DNA of 63,991 nucleotides, counting the filler, from Basidioascus undulatus (taxonomy: Eukaryota), in the NCBI GenBank assembly GCA_000826855.1. It is 5 parts of 5 records of this genome, joined end to end, with 100 filler letters (N's around TTAATTAATTAA, not from the genome) between each part and the next. Parts side by side here need not be neighbours in the genome. Positions count along the whole stretch, not along the records: positions 1 to 12,861 come from JTLS01000871.1; 4 more parts are not named here. One strand, written 5' to 3'. A program made the translations under genes and the position numbers. A model generated the notes under the pieces. That model searched no databases, was not told the origin of the DNA, and was given only the letters and a program-made list of their open reading frames with translations. This document shows, piece after piece, positions 1 to 12,961 of the stretch (position 1 is its first letter; each line of letters starts with the position of its first letter).

Positions 1-571
1 GGATGAAGAAGAGGAGGAGAGCGGGGAGGAGGAGGCGTTGAAGGTAAGAAAAGAAGGCAGAGTGGGGTTTGTCAAGCTCGAGTTTCACGTGTTTGAATGT
101 TGCCGACCGAGGCACGCACGGCGCCCAGGCCCGAGCGCGCACGACGCACGGCCGTTTGCACGTCCTGGACGACGGTCTACACCTTTTCGTCGTCAGCGGC
201 GGCGGTTGCTTGGGCGCTTGTTGCCTTGAAAAGTCCAAAAAGTGCTTGTAGGGTGGGAGATCATCACAGCGGGTAGGAACCACATTTGTATTGTCTTCCC
301 CTTCTCTAGGTAAGATTCGTAAAACATCAGCGTTGCAAAGATCAACTGTCTGCGATAAAATGTGCGTATGCCCCCTTATCGCTCTCATCAACTGCGAAAT
401 TTGAGGCAGTAAGTGCAGAGCCGGGCAGCGCCGAGGCAAGTCCGAATCGATCAGTGCTCCGCGGAGTGAACCGTCGGCGGCCATGCAGCGCGCCTGCCCT
501 CCGCTCGTCTTCTCCTCTTCCACGTCCCCTCGTCGTCTCTTGCCCCTCGCTCTCCATCCCCGCCGTTGACC

Positions 572-2254
572 ATGATCGCCCGCAACGCCGTCGCCGCTGC
601 CACCCGCGCGTCCAGCGTCCTCAAGCCTGCCGTGCCCGCCGTGCGCCTCCAGTCCCTCCCAGCCGCAGAGCCTGCTCCACGGTCACTTAACATGTCTTCC
701 TTCCCTTCTCCCCCCCTTGCAGATTGCGCGCCCGGCCACTACGACCACGGCCAACTTCCCCCGCATCTCTGCGCGGGTGCGCCTTTACATACACCTCTGT
801 AACTAAGGGAGCCATGCTGATGTGCGCGGAGGTGCTGCCAGGACCCCACCAAGTACGGCGGCGTCTACACCGTCACCCTCATCCCCGGTGACGGTATCGG
901 CAAGGAAATCACGGGCTCGGTCAAGGAGGTCTTTGAGAGCCTCAACGTCCCCGTCGAGTGGGAGGAGTACGACGTCTCGGGCGAGACCGAGCTCGGCGAG
1001 CCCATCTTCCGCGAGGCGATGGAGTCCCTCAAGCGCAACAAGGTTGGCCTGAAGGGTGCGTCTCCCACTCTCCTTTTCCTCAATCAGCTGAATTGACGCT
1101 GAACGGAATGTGTGGACCAGGTATCCTCTTTACCCCGCTCGACACGGCGTCGCACAACTCGTGGAACGTCGCAATGCGCCAGTCGCTCGACATCTACGCG
1201 TCCCTCGTCCTCTGCAAGTCCCTTCCCGGCTGGCCGACGCGCCACGCGAACGTCGACTTTGCCATCATCCGCGAGAACACCGAGGGCGAGTACTCGGGGC
1301 TCGAGCACCAGTCGTACCCGGGCGTCGTCGAGTCCCTCAAGGTCTCCACGCGCGCCAAGGCCGAGCGCATCGCCCGCTTCGCGTTCGACTTTGCGCTCAA
1401 GAACAACCGTAAGGTCTGTGGCAGAGAGAGGGGAGGGAAGAGAGGGGAGGAGAAGAAGGAAGGCTGATGAGGCGTGAGGGGAGCCGGTCAACAGAAGGTC
1501 ACTTGCGTGCACAAGGCCAACATCATGAAGCTCGGTGACGGCCTCTTCCTCAACACCTGCCGCCGCGTCGCGGAGGAATACAAGTCGTCCGGCATTGCCT
1601 TCAACGACATGATCGTCGACAACACGTCCGTCATCGCATTCTCCCCTTTCCCCCTTCTCCTTCCCCCTTTCTCCTTCCCCCTTCCCCCTTCCCTCTGCTC
1701 CCCTGCTCCCCTGCTCCCCTCTGCCCCAGCTCTGACCTCCTCCGTGCCCCACCCTAAACAGCTCCATGCAGCTCGTCGCCAAGCCGCAGCAGTTCGACGT
1801 GATGGTGATGCCGAACCTGTACGGCAACATCGTCTCCAACATCGGCGCCGCGCTTGTCGGTGGCCCCGGCATCGTCCCCGGTGCCAACATCGGGCGCGAG
1901 TACGCGCTCTTCGAGCCCGGCTGCCGCCACGTCGGCAAGGACATCATGGGCACCGACAAGGCCAACCCCGCCGCCATGATCCTCTCTGCGACCATGCTCC
2001 TCCGCCACCTCGGGTGCGTCCACTATCCCCTCCCCCGCTTCCTTCCTCCCTCTCCTTTCTCCCTCTCCTCGCCGGACTCGCCCTAGAAAAGAAGCAATGT
2101 TCTGACGCTTCCATGACACAGCCTCCACACCCAGGCCAACCAGATCTCCTCCTCCGTCTACAAGGTCATCGCCGACGGCAAGGTCCGCACGGCCGACATG
2201 GGCGGCTCCGCGTCCACGACCGAGTTCACCAAGGCCGTCATCTCGGGCCTGTAA
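572..2254 (+). CDS. IDH1: Mitochondrial NAD-dependent isocitrate dehydrogenase subunit 1 (multi-exon)
   Basis: Spliced translation contains [85 protein letters not shown] and [13 protein letters not shown]-terminus resembles a mitochondrial presequence; GT-AG introns; TAA at 2252-2254. Confidence 0.96.
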
Positions 2255-3345
2255 ACGCCCTCCCCCCACCTTCCTTCCTTCTCTTTAACGGGGTCGTGTA
2301 GCGTAGTCGGGATGGCTTGGGCTGGGTCGGTCGGTGGCGGAGGAGGAGGATGGTGGGAGGGCGGCGGATCAGCAGCTGGTGGTGGAGCGCTGGATTGATA
2401 CGATGCGGCGCGCGAGAGCGCGCGAGTCCAAAGCGCGAGCGGGCGAGAGATCCTCGCTCGGCGCGAGAAATGACCCGAGACGATTCTTTTATTCTCCCCT
2501 TTCTTTTCTTTCTTTTTCTCTTTTTGTCTTTTTCAACTGTGCATGTCCTTTTGCTTGTCACATCACACCCACATTCGCAACCCAACTGAAACTTTCCGTT
2601 CCTGTTTCTGTGCTCATCATCTAGAATATATTTGGCGGATAAGCCTTGTGCTGCTGCCTGCGTCCAGAAAAGGTGAAGTAGGAACAAGTCGGGATGCGAC
2701 TTTGAGGTCCGGCAATGAAAAGAAAATGGACGGCAGAATGCACACGCATTTGTACGTGGCTGTCGAGTTTGGAGACACCTATTTTCCACTGCAAAGCCAA
2801 GTACTTGAGATAACTGTGAGCCTTAGTGGTAGGTCAACCAATTCCATGACCTTTTGAAAAGGCTGTCGAGCCTGTGTTCAATGATCGACGACGCTGCGGC
2901 AGTGGGTGAGTGAGTTGTGGCCTATCTGCAAGACCGCTCTAGTCCCTGGTGGACACAGCACACACTGCGGCGGCTTGTGAGCGGACGCCTCACATGTTTT
3001 CTCTATACCGAAGATAATTGTAGGAACCTCCGTGTGCTGTTGCGGGCGCCTGGTGGCACGGGTACACAACAATCTTCAAGTTGGCCATGCTGCAGCGTCA
3101 TGATTCAGGCCCACATCCCTGCCCTTTACCCGTCCCCTGCCGCTTAACGATTATCATGAATAGTAGAAACACTTGACGTGTCGAAGACCGTATACAACAT
3201 CCCGGACTCAACGGCATTCGGGGCCCCTTCTCGGTGACGTGAAAAAGTTTTCAGGGATTGCATGGCAGTACTCAGGAGCAGGCAAGCAGGCGACTGCCTC
3301 GCCCGCTTGCAAAAGATTGTGGGACAGGCCACGGATGAGCAAAAA

Positions 3346-3435
3346 GGGCCTGACCGGGAATTGAACCCGGGACCTCTCCCAGACGGAACATTCGAAAACC
3401 CTAAGGGAAAATCATACTACTAGAACCATCAGGCC
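3346..3435 (-). tRNA. tRNA-Pro(AGG) with 17-nt intron, copy 1 (one extra U in the D-arm)
   Basis: Reverse complement GGCCTGATGGTTCTAGTAGTATGATTTTCCCTTAGGG[TTTTCGAATGTTCCGTC]TGGGAGAGGTCCCGGGTTCAATTCCCGGTCAGGCCC. Acceptor stem GGCCTGA/TCAGGCC, GTTCAATT T-loop, T5 Pol III terminator immediately after. Confidence 0.9.
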
Positions 3436-4530
3436 GTTGAGGAGAAATTGTGAGCGGTAAAATCTGATCGGCCACGTGGGACGGCTCGCACTTTGAACAC
3501 CCCCTCATGAAAGTAAACGAAAGTGTTTCACAAGCATGTGAATATTTGAATAGCAATTAAATGCATGAAGGTTCCGTGGATGGGCGACGTATGCAACTGC
3601 ACCCTATACTCATCCACTGGCATGATAATGCTTCGCAGTCTTTCGGAGAGTTTCTTTTCTGAATAATCATAGCTGTTCATTCTTGGTTTCTGATCTTAAC
3701 AGGGCGGACAATTTGTTGTTTTTCTACCCTACTTCTGCTTTCTGTAACGATGTGCAATCAGACATCGTCACTGTGCAGACTTTGACCTGAAACAGAACGA
3801 AGTTCCAGGTGTGCGGGCATTGTCTTGGGTTTGGGACTCAGTATTGGCGGTGCACTTCACAGCTGTTATATTCACTCGGTCAGTAGGTGCCGAGCTGCAG
3901 GTTAACTTTGAAGCAGTTCCAGGCTGCGCCGGGTTCCGCAGACAATGGCCTGTTCCCATGGTGCGCCATGGAAACCCGCACGCCTGAAAGTCGAGGAACT
4001 TGGTCATGCGGTGGCATATGTGAGCCGCTCCCGTCCAGAAAGCCTGAAACTCACCTTCTAGGAACCCAGTCTGTTATACCCTGCCTGCGGGTTTGCGGCA
4101 GCCCAGCAGGGTAACCGTCCTCCATATCAGCAACCACTTCCTTCAGAAGCATCCTTCGGCGGCACCAAAGATTTCCCTGGTTCAATGTCATTTCAGCTAT
4201 TCAGACTACCAGCAAATTGAGGGGGAGGTCGGGTGTTCCATCACATAGTGCGTGAGTGCATGCATCTTTACCGTCTGGCTTCCGCAATTCAGGTGCCCAC
4301 GAAGAGTCTAGGCCCAATGAACGAGCGGCTCCAATTCAAGGTCTCTGTGGTGGAGTTATGCTATTCTTCAATTGTGGGAACAGATCAGGGACGCCAGGTT
4401 TACAAACTGAAGGGGCAAGGGGCAAAGCTTGGATGTGGAGGCACGGCTGCTGTGCCTGATTGAATTACACGCCTCGCTGGTCTACTTTCGCTCGTCTATT
4501 TCGCACTCTGGCTGTTAAAAGCAAAACAAT

Positions 4531-4611
4531 GGGCCCGACCGGGAATTGAACCCGGGACCTCTCCCACTTGGAACACCCTAAGGGAAAATCATACTACTAG
4601 ACCATCAGGCC
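4531..4611 (-). tRNA. tRNA-Pro(AGG) with 9-nt intron, copy 2
   Basis: Reverse complement GGCCTGATGGTCTAGTAGTATGATTTTCCCTTAGGG[TGTTCCAAG]TGGGAGAGGTCCCGGGTTCAATTCCCGGTCGGGCCC folds as a cloverleaf; T-runs downstream. Confidence 0.93.
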
Positions 4612-5939
4612 AGACGAGCGCCGAACCTGCAAAAACTATTCCATCCGTCATTAAACTCAAACATCTCCGTCTACTTGCAAGCAGTGCAGGTGCGATTTAT
4701 TCCTTTTGTGGGACTTGGAAAAGATGTAGCGATTGGACGCTGACATAGGTCAGCATGATACAGACGCAGTGCTGTTCAAGTGCGACATTCCATTGTCCAA
4801 CTAGAACAACTAGTAGGGTAAACTCCCTGAGTAAATATGGAATATAAGAAATTCTGGTCTTTTGTCCACACCGGGCGATTGTAGGAAGTAGGCACGGATC
4901 ATGCTCGTGTCTCACCGAATCGGAGGTCCGACGCAGCGGTCCATTTCTCGAACGCGGCATTGCTGAGGGTCGGATTTTCGGCTGGTACTATACTGGCAGG
5001 AAAGTCGGTCTCAAGAGCATCCGGCCTGCAACTTGATACATATATTGCGGCCGGTGCAGCAGCCCGCTGCACCTGGGCACTGTCCCTTTATGGTGTCGAT
5101 TGCAACCTCTTTGGCTGCATTTTGATGGGAACTCTACTGTTTTTATGCAAGTTATCCAACTCGCACCTCTAATTATGCTCATCTCAAGCCCCAACGACCT
5201 TCAAAGCCTTGCTTCCTCGTTTCATGGCCAAAGACTGCGCTCCGAGCTCCCTGACAGTACCTTCACTAACTACTTTGTGTAGGTGCTTCCGGTACTCTTG
5301 GAGAATAGGCGACCGTTGATAAAAATACATTATAACCCTTCGTCCAATTGGATGGTCATGGCTGGGGGCCAGAACACAATTAGGAGAACCCGAGCGACTG
5401 AGACTGTAGTCATCACAACAGTCGTGGCTGGCACAGTGCCGGACAGCTGCGAACGTTTCCGTGGCTTAAATAAAATGGTCTTACAAATATAATTCCTTTC
5501 AGTCTAAAATATTATGGTAATTCAGCGTTCCTCGAGTAGTGCCGAGAGAAGCCCCCTTGTCTGGTCGTTGGCAATCGTGTAATACAACGTTCTTGTCCCG
5601 CTGCAGCGAGACTGCTTGAGCGCATGGACGATCAATCGCCCCAAAGATATCTTGTGCAAATTAATCTGGCATGAAAGTTCTGCCCCGTACTCCGGCTTGT
5701 AAGAGCTCGTTGTTCGACGAGCGACTGAGGTGCCCTAAACGCGCAGCGGCGTCGGGCCCCCTTTCATTTGGACCCTGCTCGCACAGCCGGACCGCATTTC
5801 GTTCCGTCGACACGCTGGCGACGCGTGCCACCCAGACCTGGCTCTCTCGACCTCCCACCACCACTACCTCGCCGACCATTTCCACTTTCTTTACCCCCCG
5901 CATAGCCCTTTTGGCCGCGGCACCGCATCTTTCAACAGC

Positions 5940-6838
5940 ATGAGCACCCGCAGCACCAGGTCGAAGGGCGCGACTCCCGAGGTCTGTCGTACTCATTGCT
6001 GTCCTGGGACGTGGAGCCAGGAAAGTCTTATCTGGGGAGGACATCAAGCAGGAGCCGAAGTCGAAGAAGGCGAAGACGGACTCCAAGTCGTCGGACAAGG
6101 GCAAGGCGTCCTCGAGCAAGGACAAGGCGCCGAAGGTCCGTCTGTTCCGTCCACTCCTCGACGGCGGGTGCGGTCTCTGACGCAGAGGGAGCTGACCGTA
6201 TCCCCTCTACCTGCTACATAGTCGCTCATCCTCAACTCCGACGAGTTCGAGGACAAGGCGTACCCGCTCAAGATCTCGGTCACCCGCGGCGACACGGGCG
6301 AGCAGCTCGTCGACCTCGACCTCGAGCCGAAGCAGGTATGCCCCTTTCTCGCCCGCCCTTCGCCAAAGTACGGGTACTGAACTGAACGTGGCCGCCGCTT
6401 GGTACAGTTCGGGACGGGCAGCCTCGGCTGGAACCACCACAAGGCGCACACGCTGCAGATCGACGGGCACGACTACCAGGTCCAGGTGCGCCGAGTTGCC
6501 CCACACCCACGCTTTTGACCTGCCCACTGACCGCGGACAATCGATTTTTTCCCATCAAGTTCGGCATGAACCTCACCGTCAAGGGCACCAAGCCGAAGGC
6601 GAAGAAAAGCAAGGACGACGACGACGACGACGACGACGAGCCCGTCAAGCCGAAGTCCAAGTCCAAGTCGAAGCCCGCCGCCAAGCGGGCTCCTGAGGAG
6701 GGGAAGGCGGGACCGGGCAAGAGGAAGAAGGTGCGTCGACCCGTTTGATATCATTTCGACCACAGTAGATGCTGAAAGGGCGGTCTGCAGGTCTTGGACC
6801 AGGAGTCCGAGGACGAGGAGGAAGAAGGGGCGGACTAG
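5940..6838 (+). CDS. Small multi-exon protein: Lys/Asp-rich disordered ends around a compact 'PKQFGTGSLGW...VQFGMNLTVKGTK' domain
   Basis: GT-AG introns join an open frame MSTRSTRSKGATPE...NSDEFEDKAYPLKISVTRGDTGEQLVDLDLEPKQ|FGTGSLGWNHHKAHTLQIDGHDYQVQ|FGMNLTVKGTKPKAKK...EEEGAD*. Strong GC3 codon bias. Confidence 0.8.
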
Positions 6839-7445
6839 GATGAAGAGGAGTGAGCTGGTTGGGACCGCAACGAAGGAGGTGAAGTGATGGAGTGGGTGGA
6901 TGAGCGAGGACGGCGAAGAGCAGGAAGGGGCGAAGTTTCCCTCGGCCCTGATGTACTACTATTTTCAAGCACGATGGTCACGATAGTCACGACGATCGCA
7001 TCTTTTATTTCGCTTGTTGTGTGCCCAGCAGGCAGCTTAGAGCCAGAGTGGGATGATGCATAGACTTCCTACTTGTGTATTTATCCGTGCCGTTGAGCGT
7101 CAGAGGAGGTGTAGCGGCGCTGGCTGTTTCTTGGACAAACAAACGGTCGTCGGCCACCGATCCTTGCCTGCCGACCACCAACATTCACTTCATCGTATCC
7201 GCCAGCACGACCCCCATAGAACATATTCCAGGATAAGGCTCATTCACGCTCAAAGTCTGAACGTCCGAGAGGTGGGTTTCTCCATTGGACTGGTTGCTGG
7301 ACTCCGATGGTGTTGAAGACGCGCTTTCTGCGTACATCCAGCGACCGCTTCGCCATCCGGGCAGCATCCAGGCACCGCGACCGCAGCCGCCTCGGGCACC
7401 AACTCGGTCTACCCGCCGCGCCGGCCACTATCGTATACGCAGTCA

Positions 7446-8600
7446 ATGCCCTCGCTTCCCGTGGTCAGCCAGATGTCCGTCCAACCTCAGGGTCGTCGCG
7501 CACCCTCCCCTCCGTCGACCGAGCAATCCTTTCCGGTCCTCATCGAGCTGCGTGCGGCGTCGCCTCCCCCGACCACGATGTTCGGGCGCCTCTCGTCGCC
7601 CGTGCAGCGTTTCAGGCCGCTCTCGCCTCCCGTCGCCCACGTACGTCTTCTTTGAATGACGAATCTCCCCCCTCGAGCAAGTCAAGAAGAGCACCCTATT
7701 ATTTGGATCATCTCGCGCGTGCTCCATCTCGGCTACCCGGTGCGCTCGATCTTCCGTCCTGTTTCGCCTCTCCCTGTCGCTCACTTGCTGTTGTCAGTCG
7801 GAGTACGTGCGCAGGTAGGATGAAGCAGCCCGACTAAGTCTTTTTGCGTATGAATCCACATTTTCCTCAGGGTGAACAGGGCTATGCGCGCTCCGCCCTG
7901 TTCGTATCTTCTTCACTTCCTCTGCTGCGCTGTCCGCTCACCGCTTTGTACCCAGACTCAAGCATGGCATGGAGCCAATTCAAGACCGAGAAGTATGTCC
8001 CTCCTTCATCTTTGTCTGGCCAGACTGAAGCTGATATTACATGTGACAGCCCTGGCGGATTGGGCGAGTGCGTGCTGCTCGTCGTCGCGAAGGATCTTCT
8101 CGAACCGCGCTATCAAGCTGACGTCGGGGTCTGCTGCGGACCTCAACATCGTGTCGACGTCGGTACTCGGGTGTGTCTTGTCCTGAAGGTTGCCTAACTC
8201 TCTACCATGGTGCTCACACGCTGCCCTCCCTGTCCCAGGGCCGCAGCGCAGCTCCTTTCCTCGAGCCTCACCGCTACTTCAGCGACAGCCGTCATCGCCG
8301 CGATGGTATTTACGCTGGTCAGACTGGGTAAGCCCTCATTTCCCAAACCCAGTCCTTGAAAGAGGGTGCCTGACTGTGGTGGCTTTTCGTACAGCGACGG
8401 GAACCGCCCTCATCTGGCGCGTCCAGGTCAGAGCCTCTCCCCTGTAACCGACGCGCAGCTTTACTGGGATCTGACCTGGAGTGAAACCTTACAGCCTATT
8501 CCCCACTAGGACATCAAGGAATCTCCAGTCGTCGGCTCTCAGCTTCACGTTCAGGGAAAGCGCACTCCCGCCGAAGGCCTACCAGATCTTCTCGGATGAG
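7446..8600 (+). other. Possible multi-exon hypothetical or degenerate gene
   Basis: Pro/Ser-rich start (MSVQPQGRRAPSPPS...) followed by several GT(A/G)NGT...YAG intron-like segments. No recognisable family, and I could not fix a single frame. Confidence 0.25.
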
Positions 8601-9501
8601 TCGCCGATCATGTTCCCGGTCCTACTTTCACTTCCAGTCGTTTGGGTATGCAATACCTGTAACCGCTTCCTGGTGGTAAACGATGTTACTTGCCCATCTG
8701 CCTGCCAGAATACCTGGTATGCCGTCAACGTTCACGCGTGGCACATTTTGAGACCTGACTGACGCTCTCCTGCAGCGGAGTTATCGCTTTCAGTAAGACG
8801 CTGCTACCTTTCCTTCGTTCCAGCTTATCTTCCCCATGGTTATATCCTCTGAGCCGTCGCATGCCCTCAGTCATTGCAATCGTCGGGTTCGTGTTACAGG
8901 AGGACGGTCCCAACAGTGGCCTCGCGACCAATATCATCACGAGGACCCTCTGTGGAATGCGGCAGGCCTTCAACGTATCAATCGAGGTAAAAAAAAAGTA
9001 GAAGCTCCAGATAAATCCTGAAGCAACAGTTTCTCAGCGTTCTGTCCTACCTCCTTCTGTGGTGCCGTCTCATTCCCATTGCGCACCATGTGCTCGATGG
9101 CCGTCCCGATGTGCGTTGCTGCCTCGCAAAACCGCACACCGGCCGTTTGCTAAGCTTTGTACTGGTTGTTGATAGGGCGTGGGCGAGCGCAAAACCTCGT
9201 CGCAAGGAGAAGGGCAAGCCTGAAAGAACCGACAGCACGAGCCGTTCCGCTCGCTGTGCTGTCTTTCTCCTACCTTTGTCCCCAATCGATTTGGTCGACA
9301 GATTCCCGCATACTGTACTGTATCCCTAGAGCCCCACATCATTACCGACGCATGAGCCAAGATTTTACGAAGCACAGTATCTAAGGCGGTCCTTGCATCT
9401 TACGACGTTCAGCACTTCGAAGGAAGCGCGTTTAAGTGTGCAATGGGTCCAGCAAAAGCATCAGAGCCGCCTTTATCACGAGCGTCGAAGCAAGCATGCG
9501 A

Positions 9502-12500
9502 TCATCCATCCTCGCCCCTCCCCATGCTCTTCCGCCTGCCCAAGCTCCTCTCCCTCAGCGTCCGAAGCAGCGCGCCCTCGACGCTCTGCCCCGCCCCAAG
9601 CCCAAGCGACGGCCTGCCCCGGCTCACGGGTCCCACCTCCGACACCGGCGTGCTCGTTGCGGAGCGGTATGGCGGCGGCTGCGATGAGGGCGGCGCAGAC
9701 AGAACGGAACGACGCGGACGCCGTCCGAGCAGATGCGCGGTGGGCGTGGGCGTACTGGGCGCTGCGACGGGGGGCGCGGCGGTAGGACGCGTGGAGGCGG
9801 TGGTGGTCATGGTGGCGGAGGGGGCGACGCGGAGGGGGAGGGGTGTGGAGCGCATACGCGTTGGGGCGAGGCCAAGGGCGCGGGCGCGACTAGCGGAGGA
9901 AGGACCAGAAGGGATCAATAAGAATTCACGAAACTCCACATGGTTCGAAGGAGAGAGCACGCACGCGATGGCGCGCAGAGATTTCTTGATCTGCACCGCG
10001 TCTTTCCACTGCTGCAGTGTTTTCGCTGCAAGTCATCCACCGAACAAAGCTGAATGTCAGTTATAACTCTTTCAGCACACAGCACACGCCTCGCAAGCGC
10101 ACCGTAAATATGTTTCCTCTCGAACTTCTCCGCGAGCCGGCGGGCACGCGCAGTCGGGAGAGCATCGACCCAGACGGCAAGCGTGCGCGACTTGAGCCGC
10201 GTATTCGCGAATCGGATCGCGGGGAGCGCCTGGAGGGGCATGGTCAGTTGCATTGGGGTTTCGAGAAAAACAGAACGCACCCTCGTGCGCGTCTTCCAAT
10301 CGTCAAACGCTTCGCAGATGATCCGCTCCCGCCGAAGCATGAGCACTTCTGTTTCCTAATCCACTCCGTGCATCAGTCCCACGTGGGTCTTCTTTAAGAC
10401 AAAGGTACAAAGCGCTCACGATTGGCTCAAGCAGCCCCGTCCTGAAGCGTTCGACCCACCGCTCAAATGCACCGCGCATGAGCCCAGCTTGGCGTTCTGC
10501 GAGATGGGCGTCGCACTTCTCCCGCCGCGCTGCGGAGGCGCGCGCAGCGCGGTGCCAATGCTGGAAAAGGCGCTTGAGGTTCTCTAATGAGGGAACACAG
10601 CGTCAACGGGGACAGCTGGGGATGAAGGGAGGTGCGAGGAGGATGGGCGAGAATGAATGGACCTTCGCGCTTGACGTCCTGGAAGGACTGGACGAGCTCG
10701 AGCGCCTCGGCGTGGCGGATGAGGACGGCGGACCAGTGGTGGTATGCGGACGCGAGCAGTTTCCGGTCGTGCGCTTCGGCAGCTTCGAGCGCGCGCGCGC
10801 GGAGGTCGATCGTTCGGTGCAGCCAGTTGCGGAGGCTTGCGGACGCGAGGGACTGATTGCCAGATCAGAAGAAGGGAAGAATGAGTACCGGTGTGTTCCA
10901 GTAATAAGGAGGTGAGGGGACACGCCGACGCACCGCTTCCCGCCTCGCAACCACCTCCGCCTCGATGTCCTTCAGCCCAATCGCCCGTTGCGTAGCAGCT
11001 CTCCACTCTGTTCCCCGCCCATTCAATCAGCCTACCCCCTCTCTCCTCGCCAACCAACCCATCCAAGAACTCACTCTCCCACACCCTCCTCATCACCTCC
11101 CTCCTCCTCTCCTCATCCTTCCTCCGTGCCCTCCTTCGGGCGACCCCGTCCCTCCACGCCTCCCACGCAGCGCGCTCTAAAAAGAATGCGCGCACAATCT
11201 TCGCCTTACGCTCGTCCTTCCTGTGCCGCTTAATCTGCCCGCGCCAGCGCGCGAGCGCCCCGCCCAGCTGCACCCCGGCGCGGTGCGCGGACGCGCTGGA
11301 GAGCTGCGCGTGGTGCGTGAGGAGACGGGCGCGCCAGTGCTGCAGGTGCGTGTGCGCGTAGTTGTGCGTGTGGAGAGAGTGCAGGGCGAGGGCGCGGTCT
11401 GCATGGGATAAGGAAGAGTGTCAGCCCTGCGTTTGATTTTGGTTCAATGCTGGAAGCTAAGGAGGACGCACCTTCCATTTCCTCTCGCTTCCGAAGCGCA
11501 CCCCGCCACCGCCCCAGCGCGTCCCGCGCGACACGCGTGTTCTCCGCCCGCTCCAGCTCCGCCCCGCTCGTCTTGAGCTTCCACAGACGGAGGACGCGCG
11601 CCTGCTGCCGCGCTTGCGAGTCCGCGACGAAGCGAGTTGCAAGGTCGTCGAGGGTCTGCGGTGGGGGGGAATGAGCGCCATGAAGTCATGCCAGTTGGGA
11701 GGATAAGAGATGGAGTAAGGCTTACAGACAGGGATATTAATCGATCATACCACCCGTAAAAAGCAGCGCGCATCAGGCTCGCCTCCCTTAGCGCCAGCGC
11801 CGCACGATTATCGTCGCTATCCGCGTCCGTCCAATCAGCCAACTCGCCCCTCCCGAACGTCTCTCTCCCAGCACCGGAAACTCACGTCCGCCCTCTCCAA
11901 ACCTCCCACGCCCTCCTAGCAACGCGCTCGCCCACGCGCGCCGAGACCTCGCGTTCCAAGCTGCGCAGCGCGGCGGCGCGGAGCCACGCGCGGAGGCTCT
12001 CGCGCGCGAGGCGCTCGTCCGCCCGCTCGCGGAGGAGCTCGGCTGTTGCGGAGAGGGTGAACAGCGCTGCGAGGCGGTCGGACCACTTGTCGAGGAGGCG
12101 CCGTTGCGAGTGTAGGCGGTGGTGCGTCGCTGCGCGTTGTAGGGAGAGGGCGCGGCGCCAGGTCTGTTTGTGGATCGCATCGGGAAGTCACGCTGTTTAG
12201 TTCCAGAAGACCTGGAGAAAGAAGAACGAAGAGGAAGAGGAAGAGAGACGCACCTCCCAAGCGCCTAGTACTCTTCTCGCGGCCCCCCGTCTCCGTACCT
12301 CCCCAAACGCGGCGCGCAGGCGTGCCTCGCGGGCTTTCCGACGGCGCCGCTCGAGGGCGCGCACCCACACACGCATCGCGCCGCTCGCGCACCGCGCCGA
12401 GTCGTGCGCGCACGCGATGTGCTCCGGCGTGCGCACGCGTGCGTACAGCGCGCTGCGCCACTTTGAGAGCGTCTGCGAGAGTACGAGCTCGCGGCGGGCG

Positions 12501-12830
12501 GTGGTGAGGTGGGAGTTCGTTTCCTGTTCGTTGGGAAGATGGACGTTAGTGCAAGGAGTGGACGAAAGTGAAAGGGTAGAGGAAGGGGAGGGACGGACAA
12601 GGATCCAATGGTATCCTCCTTTCCACGCGCGGAACGCCCGCGCAAGGAGGTTCACGCGTCGGTACTCGGCTGCGAGATCCTCCATCTCGCGCACGGCGCG
12701 CAGCTGCTCCACCCGCGCGCGCTCCTCGTCCGCGCGCTGCCGGCGCAGTGCCGCCTCCGCCGCCTCCCGCTGGGCCTGCGCGCGGAGGCGCGCTTGCGCC
12801 TCGAGCTTCGCTTGGTGCGCGCGGTCTTGC
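9502..12830 (-). CDS. SFI1: Sfi1 spindle-pole-body centrin-binding repeat protein (5' part lost at the contig end)
   Basis: Repeated Trp-anchored helical units such as LLARAFRAWK, VLSQTLSKWR, GAMRVWV, LGGALARWR, FLERAAWEAWR, ICEAFDDWK and TLAVWV. Low-complexity Pro/Ser/Thr C-terminus; stop at 9502. Confidence 0.8.
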
Positions 12831-12861
12831 GCTGAGCGGGGCCGGGTGGGGGAGATGTGGT

Positions 12862-12961
12862 NNNNNNNNNNNNNNNNNNNNNNNNNNNNNNNNNNNNNNN
12901 NNNNNTTAATTAATTAANNNNNNNNNNNNNNNNNNNNNNNNNNNNNNNNNNNNNNNNNNNN
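12862..12961. other. Artificial contig linker (N44-TTAATTAATTAA-N44)
   Basis: Six-frame stop spacer flanked by 44 N on each side. Confidence 0.98.

Noticed and set aside
12906..12917. TTAATTAATTAA as a biological motif (PacI-like site or piggyBac TTAA target)
   Set aside because: It is always centred in 44+44 Ns, which marks a synthetic six-frame stop linker.
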